Below, piece by piece: positions 15,481 to 23,551 of a stretch of 24,830 nt of DNA; the stretch's first letter is position 1; each line of letters opens with the position of its first letter. The stretch covers positions 1-24,830 of the forward strand of contig DAOWKH010000045.1 of NCBI GenBank assembly GCA_030639955.1. Direction: 5' to 3'. This DNA comes from Candidatus Omnitrophota bacterium (GTDB lineage Bacteria > Omnitrophota > 4484-213). The notes under the pieces were generated by a model that was given only the letters and a program-made list of their open reading frames with translations, searched no databases and was not told the origin of the DNA. The translations under genes were made by a program, and so were the position numbers.

Positions 15481-16281
15481 TCAAGTATATTTAATTTTTA
15501 GCAAGCAAAGCCCCTGGGGTGGTGCGGTCTCCCCGGCTTTTCTCCGCTCGCCGGCTCTTAAAACCTCTTTTATCCCCTTCGTAGACCTACTGGTTATTTT
15601 TCCTCGGTTTATATCAATCAGGGTGCCAACAATATTGCGCACCATTTTATACAGAAAGCCATCGGCTTCAATGGTGATAGTAATCAGTCCACAGTCCACA
15701 GTCCACAGTCCACAGTTATCATAACTAATTTTTTTCACAGAGATATTTTTTATTGTGCGGATGGTATCCTTTGCTCCTGAGCCGCTGGCGCAGAAAGAGC
15801 TAAAATTATGCCTCCCCAATAGATACTTTGCCTCCCTTTTGAGCAGTGCTATACTCAGTGGATAGGGATAAAAATATGTCCGCCGTTGTAAAAAAGGCGA
15901 AGGCAAAGGATTGTTTAGGATTGTATATCGATAGACCTTGCTCTTTGCTGAGTAACGGGCGTGAAATTTTTGAGCTACCTCTTCTGTCTTTTTGGCTACA
16001 ATGTCATCAGGAAGCAAAGAATTTAACCCCCGCTGCAGAGAATCAATACTTAGAGGATTTTTTGTCTTAAAATTTGCTACCTGCTCCAGGGCATGCACCC
16101 CGGCATCCGTTCTCCCACTACCAATAAGAGTTATTTTTTCTTGAAGTATTTTCTCTAAATTTCTTTCAATCGTTTCTTGAATTGTTTTAACTGTTGACTG
16201 TCGACTGTTAACTGTTGACTGCCTTTGCCATCCCCCATAATTCGTCCCATCGTATTCAAGAGTCAACTTGATGTTGCGCAT
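15481..16281 (-). CDS. truA: tRNA pseudouridine(38-40) synthase
   Basis: LEYDGTNYGGWQ, GSGRTDAGVHA (catalytic Asp), FHARYSA, GFLYKMVRNIVG, TAPPQGLCL. Confidence 0.97.
   Translation of the reverse strand: MRNIKLTLEYDGTNYGGWQRQSTVNSRQSTVKTIQETIERNLEKILQEKITLIGSGRTDAGVHALEQVANFKTKNPLSIDSLQRGLNSLLPDDIVAKKTEEVAQKFHARYSAKSKVYRYTILNNPLPSPFLQRRTYFYPYPLSIALLKREAKYLLGRHNFSSFCASGSGAKDTIRTIKNISVKKISYDNCGLWTVDCGLITITIEADGFLYKMVRNIVGTLIDINRGKITSRSTKGIKEVLRAGERRKAGETAPPQGLCLLKIKYT
15685..15716. repeat. Heptamer tandem repeat (cagtcca)x4.6 in frame within truA
   Basis: Encodes NCGLWTVDCGL. Confidence 0.9.
16189..16223. repeat. Heptamer tandem repeat (Ractgtt)x5 in frame within truA
   Basis: aactgtt gactgtc gactgtt aactgtt gactgcc; encodes RQSTVNSRQSTV. 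Confidence 0.88.
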
Positions 16282-16282
16282 C

Positions 16283-17284
16283 CTAATTTTGGCATACTAA
16301 TTCAGCGATTTGCACCGCATTCAGAGCTGCTCCCTTTCTCAGATTATCAGAGACGCACCAGAGCCAGAAACAATTCTTATTAAAATGGTCTTCGCGTAAC
16401 CTTCCCACAAAGACCTCATCTCTGCCTTGGGCGTCTAACGCTAAAGGAAAATCTTGAGGATCTTTAAAAAATACAACCCCTTCTGATTCTCCCAGCACCT
16501 CTTCTATCTCCTTTAAACAAACACCCTTCTTTGTCCTAAAATAAATTGCTTCTGAATGCGAAACAAACACCGGAACCCTCACACAGGTAGAACTAATCTT
16601 AATAGAGGAGTCCTCAAAGAGCTTGTGAGTTTCATGGACCGTCTTCCATTCTTCAGTAGTGTAATTATATTCTCCGAAATCGCCTATTTGCGGAATGGCG
16701 TTGAAGGCTGATTTCTGCCTTCGCCCTGCGGGCTTCGGCGGACAATGCTTGCTCCGTATTGCTTCTTCTGTTTCCTCCCACAACTGCTCCACTGCCTTTT
16801 TCCCGGCCCCGGAAACCGCCTGGAAACTAGTAAGAATTATCTGCTCCAAACCAAATCTTTTATAAATCTCATTCAGAGCCACAACAAGCTGAATGGTGGT
16901 GCAATTGGGATTAGCAATTAGACCCTTGTGGCTTTTAACCGCCTGCGGATTTACCTCCGGAACAATCAGGGGAACATCCGAACGCAGGCGAAAATCGGCG
17001 CCGTTATCGATTACTATTGCTCCGCTTTTAATCGCCTGCTTAGCATATAAGACAGATGCTCCCTTCTCTCCCTCAGTGCCGGCAAAAAGAGCAATGTCGG
17101 TATCTTCAAAACTTTCTGGAGTAATTGTTTTGACGCTATAGGTTTGTCCATCAACATCTATATCGCGCGCACTGCGGGCAAAAACCTGCAATTCACCGAG
17201 AGGAAAGTTCCTCTGCTTCAAAACCCTCAGCATCTCAATCCCAACCATCCCTACACCAATCACCGCAACATTATATTTTTTCAT
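16283..17284 (-). CDS. asd: Aspartate-semialdehyde dehydrogenase
   Basis: VAVIGVGMVG, VPLIVPEVN, IANPNCTT (catalytic Cys), QAVSGAG, CVRVPVFVSHSE, SDNLRKGAALNAVQIAE. Confidence 0.96.
   Translation of the reverse strand: MKKYNVAVIGVGMVGIEMLRVLKQRNFPLGELQVFARSARDIDVDGQTYSVKTITPESFEDTDIALFAGTEGEKGASVLYAKQAIKSGAIVIDNGADFRLRSDVPLIVPEVNPQAVKSHKGLIANPNCTTIQLVVALNEIYKRFGLEQIILTSFQAVSGAGKKAVEQLWEETEEAIRSKHCPPKPAGRRQKSAFNAIPQIGDFGEYNYTTEEWKTVHETHKLFEDSSIKISSTCVRVPVFVSHSEAIYFRTKKGVCLKEIEEVLGESEGVVFFKDPQDFPLALDAQGRDEVFVGRLREDHFNKNCFWLWCVSDNLRKGAALNAVQIAELVCQN
16714..16748. repeat. YGTCC-tagged REP-like hairpin in frame within asd
   Basis: 16714-16744 is 29/31 identical to intergenic 22964-22994. Confidence 0.88.
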
Positions 17285-18333
17285 TCCATCGCCTCAACCA
17301 CCAAATCCCCCACTTCTTGGGTAGAATAACCCATCTTGCCGGCGGATAAGCTCTTTAGTTTCTGGGCGGTATGAATCACTCCCTCTTCCACCAATCGGGC
17401 GGCTTTCTTCTCATTTAAGAAATCAAGTAGCATCTGCAAGGCAGAGATTGCCGCCAGGGGATTGATGACATTTTTGCCGGTGTATTTAGGAGCCGAACCG
17501 CCAATCGGTTCAAACATTGAAACGCCATCGGGATTTATATTCCCGCCGGCGGCAATCCCCATTCCGCCTTGAATCATTGCCCCTAAATCAGTAATAATAT
17601 CACCAAACATATTATCAGTAACAATTACATCAAACCACTCCGGACTCTTTATGAACCACATACAGACAGCGTCTACATGACTATAGTCGGTTTTAATATC
17701 CGCATACTCCTTTGCTATTTCGTCAAATGTCCTCTGCCATAAATCCCAGGCATAGGTAAGCACATTTGTCTTTCCGCAAAGGGTCAATTTTTTTCTCTTG
17801 TTGCGTTGGCGGCAAAACTCAAAGCCGTAGCGAATACACCTCTCTACCCCTTTGCGGGTATTTATTGATTCCTGAATAGCCGTTTCATCTTTTGTTCCCT
17901 TGTTGGAAAAACTCCCTTTGCCGCTGTAAAGCCCTTCGCTGTTTTCGCGCACGACCACAAAATCGATATCCTCGGGTGTTTTATTTTTTAAAGGGGTCTG
18001 GACACCGGGATATAATTTTACCGGGCGCAGATTGATATATTGATCCAGAGAAAATCTCAGTTTGAGCAAAACGCCCTGTTCTAATATTCCCGGCTTGACA
18101 TCAGGATGACCCACTGCTCCTAAGTAGATAGCCGAGTATTTTTTTAATTCCTCAATATCCTTATCCTCCAAGAGCTTTCCGGTTTTTAGATAGCGCCCGC
18201 CGCTAAAATCAAATAACTTTGTCTGGTATTCAAAATTAGCGATTCTGCTCACTGCCTTGAGTACTTTTAATCCTTCTCTGATTACCTCGGGACCAGTTCC
18301 GTCACCAGGGATAACGGCAATTTTGTACATCAT
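17281..18333 (-). CDS. leuB: 3-isopropylmalate dehydrogenase
   Basis: IAVIPGDGTGPEV, NLRPVKL, VVRENSEGLY, VTDNMFGDIITD, EPIGGSAP; between leuD and asd. Confidence 0.9.
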   Translation of the reverse strand: MMYKIAVIPGDGTGPEVIREGLKVLKAVSRIANFEYQTKLFDFSGGRYLKTGKLLEDKDIEELKKYSAIYLGAVGHPDVKPGILEQGVLLKLRFSLDQYINLRPVKLYPGVQTPLKNKTPEDIDFVVVRENSEGLYSGKGSFSNKGTKDETAIQESINTRKGVERCIRYGFEFCRQRNKRKKLTLCGKTNVLTYAWDLWQRTFDEIAKEYADIKTDYSHVDAVCMWFIKSPEWFDVIVTDNMFGDIITDLGAMIQGGMGIAAGGNINPDGVSMFEPIGGSAPKYTGKNVINPLAAISALQMLLDFLNEKKAARLVEEGVIHTAQKLKSLSAGKMGYSTQEVGDLVVEAME

Positions 18334-18758
18334 ACCATCTCCATCAACCCGCCCTTATCAATTATATCCTGAATAAATTTCGGAAAAGAGGATGTTCCTA
18401 TTTTTTTTATTATTTGCTCATCGTTTAGTTCGTCGGCATCAGCAATCTCTATTATCGGCAGGCCAATATTTATGCAATTCCGGAAAAAGATGCGCGCAAA
18501 ACTCTTTGCTGCTACACAAGAAATGCCGCACCCTTTTATTGAGAGAGGGGCGTGTTCGCGCGAAGAACCGCAACCAAAATTCTCTCCGCCAACAATAATG
18601 TCCCCCTTTTTTACCTCTTTGGCGAATTCAGAACAAATATCCTCTAAACAATGCTGACTTAATTCCGCAACTGACGAAGTATTTAAATAACGGGCCGGAA
18701 TTATGTCGTCGGTATTCAGATTATCGCCAAATCGCCAAATTTTTGGTTCTGTTCTCAT
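18330..18758 (-). CDS. leuD: 3-isopropylmalate dehydratase small subunit (short form)
   Basis: [46 protein letters not shown]. Confidence 0.92.
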   Translation of the reverse strand: MRTEPKIWRFGDNLNTDDIIPARYLNTSSVAELSQHCLEDICSEFAKEVKKGDIIVGGENFGCGSSREHAPLSIKGCGISCVAAKSFARIFFRNCINIGLPIIEIADADELNDEQIIKKIGTSSFPKFIQDIIDKGGLMEMV

Positions 18759-18763
18759 AGGTT

Positions 18764-18791
18764 TTGCGTGTAGCGTGAAGCGTGTAGCGTG
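18764..18791. repeat. Heptamer tandem repeat (Wagcgtg)x4 between recA and leuD
   Basis: ttgcgtg tagcgtg aagcgtg tagcgtg. Confidence 0.8.
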
Positions 18792-18795
18792 TGAC

Positions 18796-19788
18796 TTATT
18801 TCCCTCTTATTCTTTTTTCAATCTCCTGAGCGACTTGTGGATTTTCTTCCAAGAATTTCCTCGTCTGTTCCTTCCCCTGACCAATTTTTTTCTCTGCGTA
18901 AGAAAACCAAGTCCCCGCTTTTTGAATAATTCCTCTTTCTAAACCGGCGTCAATAATTCCACCTTCATAAGAAATCCCTTTATTATACATAATATCAAAT
19001 TCGGCAATCTTAAAAGGAGGAGCAACTTTGTTCTTTACTATTTTTGCCTTTACCCGGTTACCTACGATATTCTCACCTTCTTTGAGTTGGGCAATCCGCC
19101 GCAAATCAATGCGCACAGAGGCATAAAATTTCAGTGCCCTGCCTCCGGGAGTGGTCTCGGGATTGCCAAACATCACTCCAATCTTCATCCGAATTTGATT
19201 GATAAAGATAAGCGATGTTTTTGATTTGGAAATTGCCGCGGTAAGTTTTCTTAGTGCCTGGGACATTAATCTTGCCTGCAGACCGATATGGGTGTCGCCC
19301 ATCCCTCCCTCAATCTCTACGCGCGGAACAAGAGCGGCTACCGAATCAATAACAATCACATCAACAGCATTGCTGCGGATTAGGGTCTCGGCAATCTCCA
19401 ATGCCTGCTCGCCGGTATCGGGTTGAGAAATCAGTAAATCCTTGAGATTTACTCCCAGTTTTTGGGCATAAGCAGGATCCACGGCGTGCTCAGCATCAAT
19501 AAATGCCGCTGTTCCTCCCCGCTTTTGGGCCTGGGCAACAACACTTAGACATAATGTTGTCTTTCCGCTGGATTCCGGACCAAATACCTCCATCACTCTC
19601 CCGCGTGGCGCCCCTCCTACGCCCAGGGCCAAATCTAAGGCCAAACTTCCCGTAGGAATAATCGGAATATCCAGTATTTTGCCCTCTCCTAATTTCATAA
19701 TCGAGCCCTTGCCAAACTGCTTCTCAATCTGAGCAAGGGCTAAATCTAGAGCCCTCTGTTTATTCATCTGTTCATCTTTCTTCTCCAT
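18796..19788 (-). CDS. recA: Recombinase A
   Basis: [55 protein letters not shown]. Confidence 0.99.
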   Translation of the reverse strand: MEKKDEQMNKQRALDLALAQIEKQFGKGSIMKLGEGKILDIPIIPTGSLALDLALGVGGAPRGRVMEVFGPESSGKTTLCLSVVAQAQKRGGTAAFIDAEHAVDPAYAQKLGVNLKDLLISQPDTGEQALEIAETLIRSNAVDVIVIDSVAALVPRVEIEGGMGDTHIGLQARLMSQALRKLTAAISKSKTSLIFINQIRMKIGVMFGNPETTPGGRALKFYASVRIDLRRIAQLKEGENIVGNRVKAKIVKNKVAPPFKIAEFDIMYNKGISYEGGIIDAGLERGIIQKAGTWFSYAEKKIGQGKEQTRKFLEENPQVAQEIEKRIRGK

Positions 19789-19820
19789 TTCTCCTCCTAG
19801 TCAACTTTGGCATTCTGCTA

Positions 19821-19969
19821 TAATTTTCAATTACCAATTTTCAATTACCAATGAATTTTCAATTTTAGAATTTTCAATTGGAAATTAAATAAATGCCCGT
19901 CCTCCGCAGTAGCCTGCTACGGAGGATGGAAAAATTAACTGAAAATTAGAAATTGAAAACTGAAAATTA
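19821..19969. repeat. Inverted heptamer-array element (aattttc-aattacc / gaaaatt units) with a GC-rich REP-like hairpin at its centre
   Basis: Outer taattttca/tgaaaatta; centre gcccgtcctcc-gca-gtagcctgctac-ggagga (19895-19926). Confidence 0.85.
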
Positions 19970-19995
19970 CTTACTTGGTGCTTGTAATTTGTGAT

Positions 19996-21078
19996 TTAAG
20001 AACTCTTCTTCTCTATTTCTCGAAACCTTTGCAGAAGTTTCTTTTGCTCGCTATTCAAATGCGTAGGCGTTTGGACAACTATCTTTATTATCTCATCTCC
20101 CTGTCCATATCCCTGTATGTCTTTAATCCCTTTTCCGCGCAGACGAAATATTTTATGGCTTTGCGTGCCCGGGGGAATCTTTATCTTCACCTTTCCTTTC
20201 AGTGTGGGCACTTCAATCTCTGCTCCTAAGGCGGCCTGGGAAAAACTAAGTGGAACCTCGCAAACTATATTATTCCCTTCACGTCTGAAAATTTTATGTG
20301 GCTGAACATAGATTAAGAGATATAAATCCCCTCTGCGGCCACCTTTAATCCCGGTTTCTCCTTCGCCAGCAACCCTTAATTGTGACTCATTTTGGACACC
20401 GGCGGGAATCTTGACCTTAATTTTGTGGGTATCCTGGATCCTCCCTTCTCCTCTACATTTAGAACAGGGAGTTTGAATAATGCTCCCTTCTCCCCGACAA
20501 CGCGGGCAGGTGCGGGTAAGGTTAAAAAATCCCTGGGTTACTCGGACCTCTCCTCTCCCTCCGCAATCAGGACAGCTCACCCTCCTGGTGCCCGGCTCAA
20601 TACCCTCCCCTTTGCATTCAGGGCAGGAATCATAACGCGAAAGATTTATTATCTTCTCGGTCCCAAAAGCCGCCTCTTCAAAAGAAATCTCTACGCTGTA
20701 TTGCAGGTCTGAACCTCTTCTTTTGCCTGTTCCTTCTCTTCTCCCTCCAAAGATATTGCCAAAGAGATTATCAAAGATATCGCCAAAACCTGTCCCGGTA
20801 AATTCGCGGGCAAAGGTTTCAAAGCCGCTAAATCCGGTCTCAAATCCGCCGCCTACACCCGAATGTCCAAACTGGTCATAGGCGGCTCTCTTCTGCGAAT
20901 CGCTCAAAACCTCATAGGACTCGGAGACCTCCTTAAACTTCTCTTCGGTTTCCTTGTGATTATGCGGATTTTTATCGGGATGATATTGGACAGCTAATTT
21001 TCGGTAGGCACGCTTTATCTCTTCCGCAGAGGCCTCTCTGCTTACCCCTAATACTTCATAATAGTCGCGCTTAGCCAT
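19996..21078 (-). CDS. dnaJ: Chaperone DnaJ
   Basis: J domain with HPD, G/F-rich region, four CxxCxGxG zinc-finger motifs, C-terminal domains. Confidence 0.98.
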   Translation of the reverse strand: MAKRDYYEVLGVSREASAEEIKRAYRKLAVQYHPDKNPHNHKETEEKFKEVSESYEVLSDSQKRAAYDQFGHSGVGGGFETGFSGFETFAREFTGTGFGDIFDNLFGNIFGGRREGTGKRRGSDLQYSVEISFEEAAFGTEKIINLSRYDSCPECKGEGIEPGTRRVSCPDCGGRGEVRVTQGFFNLTRTCPRCRGEGSIIQTPCSKCRGEGRIQDTHKIKVKIPAGVQNESQLRVAGEGETGIKGGRRGDLYLLIYVQPHKIFRREGNNIVCEVPLSFSQAALGAEIEVPTLKGKVKIKIPPGTQSHKIFRLRGKGIKDIQGYGQGDEIIKIVVQTPTHLNSEQKKLLQRFREIEKKSS

Positions 21079-21096
21079 TTTCCTCGCTTTGCTCGT

Positions 21097-21236
21097 CAGA
21101 AATCAAAAATCAAAGACCAAAAATCAAATACACATACTTAAAAATGTAAAAACTTAAAAGAATTAAGAAAAATTCAAGATATTTTTGTATATTTGGTTTG
21201 TGTTTTTGATATTTGATATTTGATATTTGATATTTA
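21097..21236. repeat. Inverted heptamer-array element (caaaaat / atatttg units)
   Basis: Arms cagaaat-caaaaat-caaagac-caaaaat-caaatac and (atatttg)x4, ending at the accA stop; homologous to 5745-5854. Confidence 0.85.
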
Positions 21237-22187
21237 TTGTTCCCATTCCCCCATCTTCCTGAATTTGTTATACCTTTTTTGCAGGAGTTCGTCTTTGGGG
21301 AGAGGAGAGAGTTCATTTAGATATCTATTTATCTTCTTACCAATTCTCACTGAGATCTCTTCGGAATTGCGGTGCGCTCCGCCAATCGGTTCGGGAATTA
21401 TCTCATCAACAACCCCTAAGTCCAATAAATCCTTAGCCGTAAATTTTAAGGCATCAGCGGCTTGATCTGCTTTTGCCCTATCTCTCCACAGGATTGCCGC
21501 ACAGCCCTCGGGAGAGATTACCGAGTAATAAGCATTCTCTAAAATGGCTATCTTATCGCCAATTCCAATTCCCAGAGCGCCCCCGCTCCCGCCTTCGCCA
21601 ATAATAAATATAAGGATAGGCACAGCAATATTGAACATCTCTCTTAGATTGTTGGCAATCGCCTCGGCCTGTCCGCGTTCCTCGGCCTCTATTCCCGGGA
21701 AAGCCCCGGGCGTATCAATAAAGACAACTATCGGCAGCTCAAATCTCTCTGCTAATTTCATTATCCGCAATGCCTTGCGATACCCCTCCGGATTTGCACA
21801 GCCAAAATTATATCGCAAATTTTCTTTAGTATCTTTTCCCTTCTGATGCCCGATTAGCACCAGCCGTTTTTCTTTCAGCTTGGCCAAACCGGTTATAATC
21901 GCCGCATCATCGCCAAATTTGCGGTCGCCATGCAATTCAATAAAATCAGTAAACAGCAGATTTATATAGTCGGAGGTATGCGGACGCTGGGGATGGCGGG
22001 CGACCTGGGCTCTCTGCCAGGGGGTTAGATTGGCAAAAATCTTTTTGGTCGTCTGCTTTAATTTCCTCTCTAATTTATCTATCTCAGGTTCAATATCTCT
22101 TAAAGAGGGCTCTGCGGAAGCGCTGATGCTTTTCAAACGTTTAATCTCCTCTTCCAACTCTATTATCGGTTTCTCAAAATCTAACAC
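21234..22187 (-). CDS. accA: Acetyl-CoA carboxylase carboxyltransferase subunit alpha
   Basis: LDFEKPI, ARHPQRP, ELHGDRKFGDD, PEGYRKALR, DTPGAFPG..AEERGQ, GEGGSGGAL, YSVISPEGCA. Confidence 0.98.
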   Translation of the reverse strand: MLDFEKPIIELEEEIKRLKSISASAEPSLRDIEPEIDKLERKLKQTTKKIFANLTPWQRAQVARHPQRPHTSDYINLLFTDFIELHGDRKFGDDAAIITGLAKLKEKRLVLIGHQKGKDTKENLRYNFGCANPEGYRKALRIMKLAERFELPIVVFIDTPGAFPGIEAEERGQAEAIANNLREMFNIAVPILIFIIGEGGSGGALGIGIGDKIAILENAYYSVISPEGCAAILWRDRAKADQAADALKFTAKDLLDLGVVDEIIPEPIGGAHRNSEEISVRIGKKINRYLNELSPLPKDELLQKRYNKFRKMGEWEQ

Positions 22188-22951
22188 GCCTCCACCTCTA
22201 AATTACTGTGCACATTCTGCACATCGTCGCAGTTCTCTAAATCCTCAATCAGGGCTAAAACCGGCTTTGCCTTTTCAGAGTCCAATTTTATGCGGTTATT
22301 GGGGATTAAACTTAGGCCGACAAAAGAGTATTTGATGTTGCTGTTTTTTATTACTTCTTTTATCTTTTCAAAATCCCTAACAGAAGTGATAATTCTATAT
22401 TCTTCTTCAGAGCTTTGCTCCTCGCTGTTGACTGTTGACTGTTGACTGTTGACTGTTTCTATATCTTCAGCACCCGCTTCTATGACAAGAGTAAAAAGTT
22501 TATCCTCTTCTACCTCTTTTCTATCAATGATAATTAGTCCCTTCTTTTTAAACATATAGGTAACTGCACCGGCAGAGGCAAAATTTCCTCCTTTTTTGGA
22601 AAAGATATTTCTTATTTCGGCGGCGGTTCGGTTTTTATTGTCAGTAAGGCATTCTACTACTATTGCTATTCCTCCCGCGGCATAACCCTCATAGGTTACC
22701 TCTTCATAACGGACCCCGGGCAGTTCGCCGGTGCCCTTCTTGATTGCCCTTTCAATATTCGCTGAGGGCATATTCGCCTCTTTAGCCGCAGTAATTGCCT
22801 GACGCAGGCGGGGATTGGTCTTTTCGTCTCCGCCGCCATCGCGGGCGGCGACAGTGAGCTCGCGAATCAATTTGGTGAACAGCTTTCCCCGCTGGGCATC
22901 AACTAATGCCTTTTTATGCTTTATTCCTGCCCATTTAGAATGTCCGGACAC
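22181..22951 (-). CDS. yebC: YebC/PmpR family protein
   Basis: MSGHSKWAGIKHKK, NPRLR, TYEGY..GG, TDNKNRT, DDVQNVHSN. GTG start. Confidence 0.96.
   Translation of the reverse strand: MSGHSKWAGIKHKKALVDAQRGKLFTKLIRELTVAARDGGGDEKTNPRLRQAITAAKEANMPSANIERAIKKGTGELPGVRYEEVTYEGYAAGGIAIVVECLTDNKNRTAAEIRNIFSKKGGNFASAGAVTYMFKKKGLIIIDRKEVEEDKLFTLVIEAGAEDIETVNSQQSTVNSEEQSSEEEYRIITSVRDFEKIKEVIKNSNIKYSFVGLSLIPNNRIKLDSEKAKPVLALIEDLENCDDVQNVHSNLEVEAC
22425..22457. repeat. Heptamer tandem repeat (ctgttga)x4.7 in frame within yebC
   Basis: Encodes TVNSQQSTVNS; same unit as truA 16189-16223. Confidence 0.92.
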
Positions 22952-22963
22952 AGCTCCTCGCTT

Positions 22964-22997
22964 TCCGCCTTCGCCCTACGGGCTTCGGCGGACAGGC
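22964..22997. repeat. YGTCC-tagged REP-like hairpin upstream of yebC
   Basis: tccgcc-ttc-gccc-tac-gggc-ttc-ggcgga-caggc. Confidence 0.88.
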
Positions 22998-23007
22998 ACT
23001 CACTCGT

Positions 23008-23085
23008 CAGAAGTCAGACAACAGAAATCAGAAGACAGATTTTTTATTTTCTGTTTTCTGTCCTCTGTTTTCTGTCCTCTGTTTT
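23008..23085. repeat. Inverted heptamer-array element (cagaaRW / tYYtctg units)
   Basis: cagaagt cagacaa cagaaat cagaaga caga ... ttttctg ttttctg tcctctg ttttctg tcctctg. Confidence 0.85.
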
Positions 23086-23111
23086 TAACATTTTGGGTTG
23101 GGGTTAATTTT

Positions 23112-23294
23112 CTAAAACTCTAAAGAGACATCTTCTATTATTTGCTTTGCGTCTGTTCCTTTCTTTACTAAAGCATCTTTAATCATAGGAGCTACAATCA
23201 GAATCGCCGCAATAATAGCGGCAATGATTATCGCATACTCAATCATTGTCTGGCCTTTCTTTCCCCCAAATCTTTCGCATAATAACTTGCGCAT
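23112..23294 (-). CDS. Flp family (Tad) major pilin
   Basis: 60 aa, basic leader, KKG|QTMIEYAIII Flp motif, single hydrophobic helix; SD GGGGG upstream. Confidence 0.85.
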   Translation of the reverse strand: MRKLLCERFGGKKGQTMIEYAIIIAAIIAAILIVAPMIKDALVKKGTDAKQIIEDVSLEF

Positions 23295-23309
23295 CTTTAC
23301 CCCCTTTTT

Positions 23310-23546
23310 TTATTCTATCTCCCCTTTCACCCTACCAACATACTCCTCCACCACCGGTGTGGGTTGACCCGGTTGACCTGATTCTATAAATATCGTCCAG
23401 AGCAAAATCGCTACTAAAGTAAATACCACAAAAACAATCGCATATTCAATAGCGGCTTGTCCACCGAAGCCCGCAGGGCGTAGGTGGGCTTGTCCGCCTT
23501 CGCTAAAGCTACGGCGGATAAATCCGCATGGAGAGAATTTAGACAT
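23310..23546 (-). CDS. Flp/TadE-like pilin with repeat-derived leader (start uncertain: ATG 23546 or TTG 23561)
   Basis: G|QAAIEYAIVFVVFTLVAILLW pilin motif. Confidence 0.7.
   Translation of the reverse strand: MSKFSPCGFIRRSFSEGGQAHLRPAGFGGQAAIEYAIVFVVFTLVAILLWTIFIESGQPGQPTPVVEEYVGRVKGEIE
23454..23526. repeat. Two tandem YGTCC-tagged REP-like hairpins in the pilin leader
   Basis: ggcttgtcc direct repeat at 23454-23462 and 23487-23495, each followed by a bulged hairpin. Confidence 0.88.
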
Positions 23547-23551
23547 TTTAA

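Noticed and set aside
21110-21316. 68-aa ORF (and similarly 22916-23107) in heptamer arrays
   Set aside because: Low-complexity translations of 7-mer repeats (KYQISNIKYQ; FLFSVLCFLSSV), partly overlapping real genes.
23454-23526. Mini-CRISPR array
   Set aside because: The direct repeat is only 9 bp, the intervening segments are themselves related hairpins, and there are no cas genes in the window.
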